Below, piece by piece: positions 10,887 through 25,499 of a DNA stretch of 64,000 nucleotides (the stretch's first letter is position 1; each line of letters opens with the position of its first letter). Both the position numbers and the translations under genes were made by a program. This DNA is from Trichinella spiralis (taxonomy: Eukaryota). The stretch lies in assembly GCF_000181795.1 (NCBI RefSeq), contig NW_003526943.1:8974849-9038848 (forward strand), written 5' to 3'. The notes below the pieces were generated by a model. The model did not search any database. It saw nothing but the letters and a program-made list of their open reading frames with translations, and had not been told where the DNA came from.

Positions 10887-13800
10887 TCAAGAGAAAATAG
10901 TGATAACATCTTTTTGAGTTCCACGGACCAAAATCACAGCTTTCAATTTAGTAGTGAGAGTGTCCACGTAATCCAGATATATTGGCATGAACTGCTTATT
11001 AGATGGAGGTTCAGGCAAATTAATTATCAATAAACGCGATTCGCCAGATTCACGACGCATCAATTCATTCAAATAAACTGATAAAAGGAAACGCTTCTCG
11101 ATTGTTTTCCAAGTAACATTTTCATCTCTAAACAATAAGTTTTTTATTTCTTATGTTTCCTTTTTTGTGGAAAATAAATTCAAAAGATTTATAGTTTAAA
11201 CTAACAAATCACAATCTAATAAGTTTCTCACTTACTTGATAGCTTCATCAAAGCTAATCGTACTTTCTTCAGAACTTTCACCTTAAAAAATGTAAAATGT
11301 ATAACAAAAAAGTTTGTAAGTTTGTTAATTATGAAAAAGTAATTGGAAAACTCTTCACAATATAAATAATATATCAACTAAATATATTTAATTTAGTTTA
11401 TTTAATTGAAATACAATTTCATATACTAAACTAAATCAAAAAAATGCCATACTTCCTTGGTTTTCTGCATCTTTAGTATCGAGCACTTGATCTGTTTCCT
11501 CTTTTGCTTTTTTCTCATCCCCTTGCTATACATAACATAGTAATTAAATGTTTTTTTTGTAATTCTAAAGATTTTTTAATTTAAAGTAAGTTAAAATATA
11601 TACTTCCAAACCAAGTTCAGCAGCCAATTTTCTACGAGTTGAAAGAAAATTTTTAACTTCATCGTTCTGATCGTATTTCAATAGCGGCATTTCCACAACT
11701 TCAACTTTTGCATCAATTCTCAAATTATAAACCCATTTTTTCAACTGGTCATGAATTGTCCTAAGATTTTCTCCATGATTAACGACAGCATATATTCGAA
11801 CTTTACAATTTTTCCAAATTCTGTGCTTTCTGAAATTTATGAAAATCAAAAATTTTGATTCAATTTTAAAATGCTTCAAAACGCTAAAAATTTCACAAAA
11901 CTTTATAAATTTTAGAATTTTGCTAAATTTATTTTGCTTGTTTTATTTGCGTTGCATTACTTTTAAAAATGACCTATATTTCGCAACTGTTTAACACTAT
12001 TATTATTAATAATTTTATATGCTTCTTATTCAGTTTAACTCAGTGCATTAAATAAAGAAAGTAAGTAAAATAAAATAAAATAAAATAAAATAAATTATCA
12101 TAAATTTGAATAAGGATGTAAAAATAATATGCAGATGACTTACTTCAATAAAACTGTTAACATTACCTGCATCCCACCATCGTGCGCAAGCCACCAAACA
12201 TCAATATTTCCGCTTAAAGTTTCATTCAGACTAGGAATATGTCCTTTTGGTATAATCAAAGATTTGGATGCTGTACATCGATAAAATAGCGAATCTGTAA
12301 TAATATTAATAAATTAAAAATGATAAAAGCACTGTTAATTATGCTTGTATAAATGAATAAATAAATAAAAATAAATTAGTTAAAAATATATATATATAGT
12401 CAGCAGTATACGTACAAAGAAAGTCCCAATATTTTACATTCGTCATTTTCCATGTTTTAAGGCGGTGAGGCCAGTCAGTAATAATAATATTTGGACGAAG
12501 TCCTCCAATTCCTGCTCCAAGTGTGTGAATCCATACTGCTTCCCCTACATCTTTACAAGGAATAACACGAACGTATGCTTTAATTTTCATCGTTTTCAAC
12601 ACATCTTTTAGTTTCTAAATTAACATTTTAATATGAAATTTCAAAACGTTCATCATTTAAAAATCACTAAAATCAGATCATCGGTTAAAATTTATCAAAT
12701 CTTACTGCAGTTTCGGCAGATATCAATTGGTTCGTGGTATCATTTTCTTCTTTCATTTCAATAAATGTAGTAAGCATTAGGAAACCACCACCTTCTTCAA
12801 GTGCCGCAGCAAACAAAAGGGCAGGGTCTTTCATTATCTGTTCCTTCGTTTTATCCGGTTTTATAAAGAGCAATACGTGAGGTCTAAAAAAGATTTTTCT
12901 TTTACTACTATTTATAAGCAATGTTATAAAAAACGTATAAACCTCCAATTTTTGGGATGCATATCTTTATCTTCAAGCTTTGCTAAAACATAATGAGCAG
13001 TAGTAAAACGGAAACCTTCTGTTCCGTGACCCCATTCTTTTTTTTCCCTAAATATGGATATTTAAAATAATTAATTAAAGATATTAATTTTTTAAATTCA
13101 CCCGTGGTATTCGACATATTTATATATGCACAAGCACATGACTAACACAATAACCGCATAGTCAAAATGAGTGCTAAACATAATGAAGAACCCTAATATT
13201 GCTCCAAGCAGTGAAAGTGTCCAATGATAATATTTGAAACGTGGACGCCAGTTTGGCATTTTCAAGAGTGTTTGCAAAGTGCAGGCAATATTGATAAAAC
13301 AATAACAAATCAGAAAGAAAAAGTCCACTATTGGAGCAATGTGGTCAACGGCTCCGATCAAAATGGTCAATTCAGCAATGAAAGCCGATAACAACAATGC
13401 ACGACATGGTTCATTTTTGCTTGTAACTTTTCCAAAAGATTGCAACTTTGCCACAAGATTATCTTTCGCTACTGCTTGAATTAATCTAGCCGCACCTACA
13501 ACAACAGTATAACTTTGAAGAATTGAAATTTTAATTTGAAAAAAAGTAATTTCAATTATTTGTAAGCATACAGTTTGTTTCAATAGCATTAAAATAGAAC
13601 TTACTGAATAGCGATTGTAAACCGGCTCCAAACGTTGATGCCAAACAACCTACGACAACTAGCCATTCTGTTGGCCATGAAAGCTGACCAGACACAAGAC
13701 TACCACCCAAACTTTCACCATACCTTTGAACAATCATGTGTATTTACTTCATGAAAATAAAAATAATTGATTTAAATTAAAATTCTCATTTACTTATCCA

Positions 13801-15761
13801 TCAGAAGAGCTCTGTCTATTGCCGTTCCGTAAAACAGTGTATAAGAAATGAAAACAAAAGAAGTAGTCAACTGGGCTGCAATAGTGCCAACCGGAATAGA
13901 ATGTTGAGGATCTGCCAAATCACCTGAAATGGAAATTTTTAGTAAAAATAATAAAAACAGACAAAACAAATAAATGATCAAAATTAAATTATATGAAATG
14001 CATGGCTTATGACTTAAGACTGCTTTTATCAAAGATAATTGTCTCTTAGATTGTTAATTTAATCAATTGCCTGAAATGTCAATAGATTTCTGCGTAAAAA
14101 AATTCACATTTTACCTGATAAATTGCATCCAGTCATTATTCCAGTAACAGCTGGAAAATATATGGCCAAAAGAGTGTAAAACGTAGATGTAATATCCTGT
14201 GTTACTTCAACGCCAGATAACCCTTTCTCTCCAGGAGCAGCCTCGCCAGCTTTCATGTAATATGAGTGCAAATTGTCTATTTCATGCGAATATTATATAT
14301 AAACATGTCACAGATATTCAAGTATCTTACTTTTGTAATGCTGTGAAAGCATGCCATGACGAACGATGCGTAAAGTTACGTTGTGATTCAAAAAGTAAGG
14401 ATCACAAGTAGTGCCATTTCCAGAACTGTTGACTCCGCAGTATAAGTTCCACAAAGTACCGTTTTCTTCTTTGGTGCAACTTGAATCAATTGTGCCGTTC
14501 ACTATCAGAGGCAAACGTTTAATTGCTTTGTCACCAACCATGCATATTCTGAAATATTCACTTTTCAAAATTACATTTAAAAATTAAAAATAAATATTAT
14601 TATTCAAGTTATAAATGAAAAAATTTCCATTCAACTTTATTTAAAATCTTCCGAAGTGCAAATTTATTTTCAAAATACAAAAATTAAAAAATTTTCCTAT
14701 TATTAAATATTTATTTCAAAAATTTGCCTAATAATTATATAAATTGAATTACCTATCACTGTCGGTGTTGTTGTAAACAAATGATCCTGTGTAGACGCCA
14801 ATGATGGATATGATCACACAGAATAAACTAATCGGGGCAAACGTCTGCGTAACTTTTACACCGCATGCGGCAATGCAAACGATGATCAGCAGCAGAATTG
14901 TCCCATAAATTCGAAAATTGTTTGCCATTTCCTCATCGGTTCTTAGCAGGGCGGTGCCGAATTGAGGCAAATCTTGAGCCACGTACGTCTTAATTTAAAA
15001 GATTATTTTCCGAGACACCGAAATAGTGGAAGAGGGGAGGGGGGTGGGAATTTCACTTACCAAAAACACCTCCACATGACCAACAACGTACATAGCCGTG
15101 GCGACTGCATTGGCTAAGAAGAATAGTATTCCAATTGAAGCTCCAAATTCTGGACTCAGATTCCGAGAAATTACAAAATACGGACCGCCTTCTAAATTTG
15201 TTATGAAACAAATCAACATTTCAGTTGTTTTTGATTTGGAAACTTTTCAAAATTTCAAACCTTCAAAAACTCCATTGGTTGCAATTGCTGACAAAGAGAT
15301 GCTGGTTAAAAATGTCTAAACAGAACAATTGAAGCAACACATAACATCTGCTTCGAACACTTTTGAAAACTGATTTTACCAGAAAAGAGCACATCGAAAC
15401 AATAATCAACGATTGAATCAAGCCGGCCATTCCAACAATCCAATGCAAACGAATGAACATGATGACTCCAAATATGTTTTGAATTGTTGGCAAAAACACT
15501 CCAAGCATTGTTCCCAGTTTAGCACTCTAAATTTGACGATTTAGTTATTTGATTCATTGTTTATAATAATTACAAAAAAAAGAAGCTTACTTTTTTAAAT
15601 CGATTTTCAAGTAGTGCTTCATTTTTCTGAACATACTCTCCCAGAGGTATGCATCGGCTATTTTGCGATGATTTGCATACATTCATAACATCAGTAACGT
15701 TGCCAACGGCAGTGGTTTCATCACGATTCGAGTTTGTATTTGAGGAATCCATGTTATTCAT
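10887..15761 (-). CDS. SLC12 cation-chloride cotransporter, K-Cl cotransporter (KCC) type; multi-exon
   Basis: [78 protein letters not shown] and C-terminal [16 protein letters not shown] motifs, across many GT-AG introns. Confidence 0.95.
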
Positions 15762-16601
15762 CAAATACTTACTAAAATTACTTGAAAAGAAAAGTCAACG
15801 CAGCAGTGTGTTCTTTCTCAGCTACTGTTTCAGTTTAATGTAAGCTTTTTTTTGAAAACTGACACTCGAACAACACTTTAAACATTCCCTTTAATCTATA
15901 GTTTAGCTTATTTTAAATTGATTTTAGTTTAAATAAAGCTGCTGTTTTTAAAGTTATGAGTAAAACACAGCAAGGTTCACAAATACATAAAATTTTAATG
16001 TTGACAAATTTTCTGTCCAGAATAATTTAATAGAAATAAAACTGACACTCAGGACTAAGGAACTGTAATTTTGTGTTGCACAGTCCATTCAAACTAACCG
16101 CTTCAACACTCGTATTAATTCTGGATGCTTCAACTAAATTCAGTTTTCCTATTACAACAGTACAAGCACACAAACACAAAAATATTTGGATATAATATAT
16201 ATTATTATCGATAACTTTTGAAAACCAAACTGTGAAAAGTGAATGCTAAAGTAGTTAAACAAATGTATTTCAATGCGTTTTATTCGTTTTTGCAAAATAT
16301 CTTAATATCAGTCTTCAAACATAGAAGCAACGCAATTCTAATAAATAATAATAAATAAATAAAGCAGTTTTCTTTCTATCTGGTAAAAGTATACAAGTTG
16401 GAAAGAATCACTGCATATGTCATTAGTTCAGGAATCGGTTATATTTTAATAACTTTACCAGTAAATGCGGGCAAATTTACCAAAAAAAAGTTGAACAACC
16501 AGTAAAATTTCAAAATAAACTTAAAAATCATATATATATAACAGAGAATTATTTTTCTTCTTTGTCCTCATAATTTTCAATGAACAAAATTGATCCAACA
16601 G

Positions 16602-19600
16602 TTATCGACCAGCTTCGGATTTTAAATAAGCTAAAATAACACAAACATTTCGAAATTAATCATTTTATATATCAGTCGAAACAATTTTTATCAACGGACA
16701 AACTTATATGAATGACTACATGATGTTTTGTGTATTTATATTTAAAAAATTGTTTATGTTATTGTAAAAAAGCTTACTTTTGAGTGGGATGCTGTGATTT
16801 TGCAAAACTTTGGGCAATTTTATCTGATCAGTCTGACATTTGTTGCCAGCCATACGTTGTCTGTATTTGGGTAGCCAGTGCACTCGATAGCAATAGTAGA
16901 AAATTGAAAAGAAAAACATAAGGAAAAGCAATGTGGACAAAATACCAGTCGTCCATTTCAATGCATACTCTTCTGATTTTGCTGAAACAACCACGAAAAA
17001 TAAAATGATAGAAAAACAAATTTTACACGATAAATTAAAAGAACTTGTATTTAGTATTAGTATTAATTTACAAATCAAAATTATACAAATAATATCGTGC
17101 TGTATGTTCATATTAAAAAGTAAAATACTTCTGCACCAAACATGCCAGCCTGGAGTCCATGTTCCATTAACGCAGGTTCTTTGGATTGTTCCATGCAAAA
17201 AGTATTCTGGTCGACACGAAAACGTAACCGTCACACCGCTTAAATAATTATTTCCTGGTGGCATTTTCACAGCACCAACAGCTTTCCAAAGAGGACCACA
17301 GCTCAACCCTACAATAATGAATACCCTACAATAATTTCTACAGTTTAATATTGAAAAAGATTTTAGTATCAAAAAAAACTTAAGTAAAAATTATACATGT
17401 TCTGCTTCACTTTTATAAAAAAAACAAATACAGATATATAAAATTCATACATTTCTTAGAGCCGGAAGCTTGAATGGATAAAAATTGTTCTTCGGCACTT
17501 TTAGTATAAATTGCCCACGTTTTCACACCAGTGCTGACAAACATCTGCTTGCATGGAACGTTATTTTGACAAGCACGTTGAATGTCGTCGTCTCTGATTT
17601 CCAGTGCTGCTTTTCCTCTAATTTCCAAATCATCAAATGAAGGCCTGTAATTCGACTGGGAAAACAAAAGTGGATTGTTCAACGGTTGAGAAAAATCATT
17701 GAACAGCACAGGACCAATGAACGCATTCGAGCCGTCAACTTTCCCTCAAATTGAAGCAACATTTTAAAAAAATTAAAAATAAAATTAAAATCCATTATGC
17801 GTACATTTTTCACCGAATTCATAATACACCGTTGATGCATCCGGCAGAACATAGCATTGCTTGCCGCTTACTGGAACGTACCTCGTGTTTGGAGGCTGCA
17901 AGTCGTCGTCCGCATTCTCATTGTAAACACCAAGCAAACCGTAAGTGCTGTAGCGAACTTTTCGCTTAAATAAAACAGCATATTAATTATTAAAATTTAA
18001 ATTAAATTAAAAAATTACCACAGCTGATGATTGAATGAATGAATTTGGCAAAGTGACCGTAACATCCAACATGCCACTTTTTTCACGAACAACAACACCA
18101 GCTCCGCTAAGAAGTTGAATGTGCATCTCGGACTGGTCAAAATTTCTAGCTGGACTCCAAACATTCAGACCTATTTCATTTGGGAAAATCAAATTCAAAT
18201 TTGTCATTATTAATATTGTATATTATTTCTTTTTTTAAATAGTCAAAAATTCACAGAGAAAATTCAAATTCATTTTCAATAAATTTCATTTACTTCATTT
18301 AACAGTTTTATGCAGTATAATTTTCCTACCAATTGAAAGTACGAAAAAGAATAAACAACAATAAAATACCTTTAAATTGTTGAACTTTTGTGTCAAAGGT
18401 ATCAAAGTGACGTAGAATTCCTCTGACAAATACGTCAGTTTTATAACGCCATCGTCGAAACTCTTTTCTTGCCAAAATTTGCACTACATCTGAATCATTT
18501 TCACGCAACGCCACACCCGTGATTATGGTGGAATTCGGATAAACATCCCCTGAAATCGGTAAAAATATGCAAAATTGATATGAGAAAAAAATAATAAATT
18601 TCAAAAATAAATCTCAACAGCTGAGTAAACTTCAATAAATTAAAAAATAAAATACGTTCACGATGAACGTATCAAAATAAAAAGTATTACAAAAGCTTTG
18701 TAAATGGACTTAAAAAATCAAAGTTTTTTTCTTTTGAAATAAAGGCTAAAAATACATCTTGTTTTTGGCGGCTGCTCCAGTCGAATTTGAACCGTAAGCT
18801 TATGCTGAGGATGATCACTCTTCATCAACAAATAGTAACCTTTGCCGTTGAAACGGTACTTTACACCATCAAAAGTGATAAAATGGACGCCACCATAAGC
18901 GAATCCTGAAATGTGTTGAATAATGTTACTAATTTTTCAAATATTAGCATCACTTTTAAATTAATCATACGAGTAAATAAAAATAATTATTATCAATTAT
19001 TCACTATTTGATTCACCGATTTAACGTAAATTAATTATTTATTAAACGAAATACTGAAAGAATATCACCTGCAGCTGGTGGAATGTATCCCTGACAGCTG
19101 CGCGTTTGACGACGCCAAAATAGAAATGAACACTTGTCAGCGAATCGACAGCACATATGATAGGGTGCTAAATCGTGAAACCAGTTGGACAACGACGGGA
19201 TGTACGGCGGCATCTGATAAGGATATGAACCAAACATATGCGCCCGATATGGCAAGCCTGGACTATAGTAACGAAGTACGTCAAGATCTTCGAAATCATC
19301 CGAATGCAACAGCCAGCCATCAAAATCATAACAGCACACTGTTTGACCGCCACTCCAACTAGAATCAAATAATTCATCGGTTGAATGGAATACAGTTTGA
19401 AAAATTGATTCGAAAAAATTACGCTGCGTGAGTGGACATGACACAGTGTGAAGAACCACGATGATAATAGCAGCCACCATCACCATTCATATCGCATTCC
19501 AAATAGGGCATAAAACGGCCAACGTCAAAAAGAGCTTGATCAAGAGTACAAGGACACGGCTGTAGATCCATCCAAAAATTTCGCCACTTTCCGTCTTTTT

Positions 19601-22160
19601 CATACCATTCAATGCATCGTTTCAATGCCCAATCAGGTCCCAAATTTTTCTCCCAATCACGTAAAAAGTACCAACTGAATGATGTCAACATGGAATAGAG
19701 TACTCTACAGCGAAGTATATAAGTTACATGAAAGGGCATGCAAAAGGGGATATTCATCGTGATAACTGAAACATCTCAAATTTACCCCAAATCTGTACGA
19801 TCTTTGACTGAAACACGCACCACACCAAAGTCATAATTTTTCCACTTGTCTAACAAAGCAGGATCTTTAGGTCTAGAAAGCTTTTTCGGGGAAAATTCAT
19901 AAAAGCCAACATTGTTAACATTTTCAGCTATTATTCCAACGCGTTCAAATTTATGCATTTCAGCATTTTCCCAATACCTTAAATTCAACAAACACCAAAT
20001 TGTACAAGTTAGCATAACTGTTTATAAAGACAATAATGATCGAAACAATTTCTTTACCCGAATAAATCGATGGTCACTTTTGCATTTGGAATATTTGTCA
20101 AATTCTTTGCAGACCACGTAATTGAAAGTAAATCCGGTGTAGGATTATCGAAAGCATTCAACTGGTAATTGAGAACGTCTCGCCGAAGAACGACACCAGG
20201 AACAGCTCTGTCAGGAGGTACTAAAGAGCAAATAATCGAATACTACATGAAAATATGGAATTCGTAAAATTGCTAAAGTTGTAATTTTAAAAATTATTTT
20301 CAAAGACAAAAAGTTGTGTCTGTGAATGCGTGTGTCTCTGTTTGTGGTTATTATTACCAAAATAAAAAATCCCAATGTACGGATAAGTGCGACCGCCATC
20401 GGATGAAATTTTAACACTAACCAATCCGACCCGGTGAAATTTTGGAAGAACACATTGTGCTCGATGAATGCTCAACCTGCTGCAGATGACGACAAGTTCG
20501 TCAAAGAGAACATGCACCGTGTTTCGAGGCATCAAACACTGTCCAGTTACATTGACAGCTATTCCACCCAACATTGTTCCTCTGTCCGGTGCAATTACCA
20601 AGTATCCTTAAAATGGTATATTTTTTTAAATGAAAAATATTTATGAAAACAAAATTAAAGCATACCTGAACTTGCATTGCTACATCCACCACGAATAATT
20701 TCTTCGTCAACCCTGTACATCCATCTTCCAGGAATGCTGACAGAAGAAAATGTAGCCAATTTGAATATTTCCCCTCTTGCACTGTACGGCATGGCGGTGA
20801 ATCCGGTTCCATTCCCACCATTGAAACCTGCCTGAAGTAGAATATCATTTTAAACCCTTGGGTCCATTTTCGTCTGATTTGAAACTCACAATTGCAGACT
20901 GATATCCACCTCGACCACGCAACGAGCCAGCGTCGGTGGATGAAGTCCAATTCAAAGTTGCATAATTGAAAATAGTATAACTTCGAATTTCATCTGTTAA
21001 AAGGACCAATTGAAATGTATTTTGCTAAAAGATAAATTTGTTATTTTTTTCTAAAATCTTTGATATACATTCGATTATATTGAAAATTTTTCAAAAAAAC
21101 TTTTGACCACATTCATACCCAACGTTTTGCATTTTCATAATCTTGTAGGTTGACAATTTTCGGAGCACCGCCGAAAGCCATACGTTCCCACGTGACAATC
21201 AACGCGTGCAAAGCTCGAAATCCATTAGCACCGTTCACACCGTCCTGCAAATCAGATGTCAACAAGTCCAAGAGTTGATCATCTTCAACGTAGCCAGAAT
21301 GAATTCGGCGATATTTGGGTTTTTCGGTTTGTGAATGCAAAAAATTCACATCCTGATTCTGGGATTTTTTGGAGTAAAAATTCACTTCATCACCAGAAGA
21401 AGCGACGGTTCTAAAGATTGAAATGCTGCTGCATTCGGTGAGGCAAATAAATTTGCATAAAATCACCTGTGAACAGTACGATACCAGACGTTGCTTATTC
21501 GAGTGCTGCCGGTGTATTGAAATGTAGCCCTGCTCAGAAAGGGTGCAATAAATGAAGGATCCTGCCTTTCTGGCCATTTGGGATTCGGGAACGTGTAAGG
21601 CGGCTGAATCCACTTGGAGCGACCGAAAGAAATGAATCCATTCGGAGAAATGAATGTGTAATTGAAACGAAAGCCGTAGTAGGGGAAGAAAAAATCCAAA
21701 TCGATTTGAGTTTCATGATTGGGTCGATCCACAAGCACCGCATCGTGCATTTCTTTTCCATACTGATACAAATTTTTCCACTCTTCTATAAGTAAAAAAT
21801 GAGGAAATAAAAAAATCTCACCAAATCTACAAAATTTCTCTCGATGATTATTCACAATCTCACTGCATGTCGTTATTCAAGAATAAATGAACAAGCATAA
21901 ACAAATTTGCACAAAAAAAATAATATATTTGAGATTATTTTTTAATGAATCTGAATGAATATATGTATATATATTTATAATTGGAAATCACTTTTTTGAT
22001 TTTTATTTTCAACTGTTCGACCATGTTCTAAGGATTGAGACCAGTAACTGGGAATGTTGGGCTGGGGCCATATCTGGCATTGAATATGAGGGAAGAAATT
22101 TTCACCAGCAAAGATGAAATAGAAGTAGAAAAGAAAAGCCGCCTGTTGTCCAGTTAGCAT
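16602..22160 (-). CDS. Mesh/SUSD2-like type I membrane protein (NIDO-IPT-AMOP-vWD-Sushi-TM)
   Basis: Hydrophobic N-terminus at 22160; NIDO ([25 protein letters not shown]); IPT ([14 protein letters not shown]); AMOP ([21 protein letters not shown]); vWD (HFITFDG); Sushi ([21 protein letters not shown]); TM ([22 protein letters not shown]). The stop at ~16602 is inferred from splicing. Confidence 0.92.
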
Positions 22161-22602
22161 GATGCTGCCGCTATTTCAACACTCAATGCTGATCAAATTG
22201 CAAACGTCAACAGAATTTGAAGCCTCCAGAAACAGGTCGGCAACGACTAAGCGGCAAGTTCACTTGCGCATCCCCATCGTCGGAACGTTCTTTGCTCATG
22301 ATCAACACTTTGATCAAGTGTACACTGGAAGCAGGGTCCAGTTTTGACAAACAATCTGTTTGTCTGACTTCGATAAACAAACATGATACCGTTGGGAAAT
22401 CCGCTCAATTCAAATAGCTTCATCCGTCCATTCACCATTAAGACGATAATCTTCCACTGCCCAGGGCTGACTGCTCAAATCCAGAGCCGCTTCTTTCTGT
22501 CTCACGGACCGGAGGTTGATTTAACAGTTTGAAAAAATATTTATTTAAATTAAAAAAAACAATAATAATAATAATAAATTCGTCATGAGAGAAAAAAAAA
22601 CT

Positions 22603-23181
22603 TCAAGAGCGACGCTTGGAATGAACTTTTCGTTTGGATTCTTTGATAATTTTTGTAAAAGCTGTCATCGACAGAAGCATCAGGTGAATTTGATTTTTCC
22701 TCAATTCGAACGTCTGCTTCAGCTCTTGACTTTTTCGCTTGGCTTCTTCGACTTCTTTCAAAAGTTCCGCCTTCTTCTGCTCACTTTCCTCCCTGGTTGG
22801 ATATTGGTTGATCAGCTGGGCCATCAGATGGCATTGTTCCCGGTGCTTGCGCAACAATTTCGCCGATTCCACTTCCGAGCGGTATTTTTTGGCCATTTCC
22901 ATCTGTTCGGCCCGTTGTTTATCATAATCTCGACCAAGATTGCGAAAATATTCCAACTCTTTGAGCAAAGATTCCCGAAGCAACCTCGATCTCAGCATTG
23001 CCATGTCGGCTCGACGAAGCAAATCCTTGATCTCTTCCCGCTTCACCGAATCCACTGTTTGGCAGTTGAAATAGTCGACAATCTCTTGGCCAATCAAATT
23101 CAAACACCGCTCGTCCCCCTGGCCGTCGCCGTCGGCCAACAATTTTCGTCTCATTACCGGATCGATAATTTTGCTTGCCAT
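22603..23181 (-). CDS. THOC7: THO complex subunit 7
   Basis: MASKIIDPVMRRKLLADGDGQGDERCL N-terminus, coiled-coil body and FELRKNQIHLMLLSM. Intronless; ATG preceded by a TTTTTGGTAG acceptor-like site. Confidence 0.9.
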   Translation of the reverse strand: MASKIIDPVMRRKLLADGDGQGDERCLNLIGQEIVDYFNCQTVDSVKREEIKDLLRRADMAMLRSRLLRESLLKELEYFRNLGRDYDKQRAEQMEMAKKYRSEVESAKLLRKHREQCHLMAQLINQYPTREESEQKKAELLKEVEEAKRKSQELKQTFELRKNQIHLMLLSMTAFTKIIKESKRKVHSKRRS

Positions 23182-24299
23182 TTTTTCTTTCAAACTACCA
23201 AAAATATAAAAACGAATAATAATTTTAAAACAGAAAAGCAAATTTAAAAACTTAAAAAACCAATTCATCAGTGACATTCAAAATCATTAGAAAAATATTT
23301 TTTGGTGAATAATTATGCATTATTCTCAAATGCCAAAACATTAAAGTTGAAAGTAGACACTGCGAAGATAAATCGTTTTTTAAAATAATAAATAATCATG
23401 GTATAAGACAATAATAATTTCACGTAAAACCAGTACAGTGTTCAAAATATCAGCTTACATATGCTGTCAAATTATGCATATCAATCAATCAATCAATCAA
23501 TCAGTTCAATATACAAAAGCATACAAACTTTTTCAGAACTGCACTAACTGATGAGAAACAATTTCTTTAATTATTCAAAAAAGAAAACAAAAATTCATTC
23601 CTGCATTAGTTAATCGTGACAAATAATGGTCACTCTTCTTAGTATATACTATTTAAAATTTATACTACTCTATTTCTTGAAATTATCAACCTTTTGGTGC
23701 ATTAATTACTAACCAGTCACGTGCTAAACAATACCAATTTTTATTATTAGCACATAGCATACAAAAAGAAAATCAAGAATTAATATGGTATACTGTAATT
23801 CAGCAATTATTCGTTGTTTGAATGAAAACTAAAAAATTTTCATTTTACACCGTTAGCATTTAATTTTATTTTAAACTTATTTTTTAATAATAACAATTTA
23901 CGGCAATTTTTTTTGAGAAAAACACTTTCTTAATCACTTGAAATGCAATTTTTAAAAGCAACAATCTGCTGCAATGTTATACAACTGTCGATATTTAAAC
24001 CAACAGCTGAGCGAGTAAAAATTCTTTTAAAATTCACTACAAAACAACAGTTCCGCAAGCTGCAATGTTTCTTTAATCAATGCATACTGCTGAAAAGCTT
24101 GTTGTAGTGAATTAAAGCTATACATTTATATATGTATACACAATTCTAGCATCTCATCTTCAAATGATGAAAAATATTGACAAATGTTCTTAAAAAATCA
24201 ATTTGCTTTCATGTAAAAAAGCAATGTAGGCAGTGATGTTTTAAATGAGATACATTTTCAATGAGAACATCACAACACAACAATAATACATGTATAATA

Positions 24300-25499
24300 T
24301 TAACCAAACTGCTTTAGAGCTTCTTCCAGTCGCCGACGAGCATCAATAACTCGCTTCTGTTGCAATAATACATCATCTTCGGTAATAACTACGGCCTGAA
24401 AGTTGAATAAAGTTCTGCGTATCAGTGTGCAAAGTTCCAAAACGAAACACAACATGCAACATATATTATTTATTACTTGAAAAAGGGGTTGATCAGGATT
24501 GACATTCGCTCCTGGATTGGAATCCAGTGATTTCTTTGGTCCCGTCTGGCCCGTTATTGGCAACCCTGTCGTCGGATGCTGCAACGAGTAGGCCACACTC
24601 AAACAAGCAACATCCCCGCCAATTCCTGGACCAACAGCTGTTTGGAGAAAAATAAATAAACAAATAAATAAATACTTCTTCTTTTTCTCGCTTCTACTGA
24701 TATATTATAAATTTCTCACGGATAATTTTTGACGGCGGTGCCAGAGGTTCGGACAGTGCAATGAAATTGCCGGTAGAAATGGACGTGGCGCGCAAGCCTT
24801 GAAGACGCTTCAGCGCGAACATCTGGAACGGCTTGTCCATGCGTCCAACGCTGCGTTTGATTTCAGAAACTGGCGCCGGCTTTGAATGCTTGGAACTTGT
24901 AGTCACGATTGTTACCGGCTGACGAAAGATGCTCGCCGTCTGACGAGCCGGCGGCAGGAGGGAACCGTCGAAACCATGCCGGAGGGCGCCTTCAGGATCA
25001 AATTTGGTCACAACGCCTGCTTTTCACAAAAATAAAAGCATCAACACATCACACAATTGCAGGTAGATGTTTGTTCGGCTTTCAATTCAAACAACACGTA
25101 CACAAACACAATTGAAGCAGAAAAAAATAATTTAAAACAAACAACAACAACAACAACAACAGCAACTACTACTGATACTAGTAGTACTACTACTACGTTT
25201 GTTTCCTTCATTCATCTTGCTCAATTTTTTGAAATATTTCTTTACTGAGGAAAAGTTTCAATAATCAGCTGATCGCAGTTCGCTTGTTTACAACAGATCA
25301 ATTCACAAAGTTTCATTAAAACACTATTATTAATACACAAACAATTAATTGCATACAAACATGACAATTTCACAATAAGCTGAATCATTCATTTCAAATG
25401 AACAACAATCTCCAGTGAAATAAATGAACTAACTAACTGCTCACCTTTTTTCGACCCTTTACCACCACGTTTTGATTTTCCTTTTCTAGCTCTGGGCAT
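24300..25499 (-). CDS. mbd-2: MBD2/3 family NuRD subunit (no methyl-CpG-binding domain visible)
   Basis: Exons ~25445-25499 (MPRARKGKSKRGGKGSKK), ~24719-25017 (RQTASIFRQPVT, KPFQMFALKRLQGL), ~24477-24638 and 24300-~24395 (ITEDDVLLQQKRVIDARRRLEEAL, the p66-binding coiled coil). Confidence 0.9.
25136..25195. repeat. (ACA)n/(ACT)n compound microsatellite in mbd-2 intron 1
   Basis: acaacaacaacaacaacaacagcaactactactgatactagtagtactactactac. Confidence 0.85.

Noticed and set aside
22247..22438. 63-aa ORF between THOC7 and the Mesh-like gene
   Set aside because: No recognisable domain and not joined in frame to either neighbour; more likely intercistronic or promoter DNA.
22585..23247. 220-aa plus-strand ORF
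   Set aside because: Antisense shadow of THOC7; the Phe/Leu-rich composition is expected from the reverse of Glu/Lys codons.
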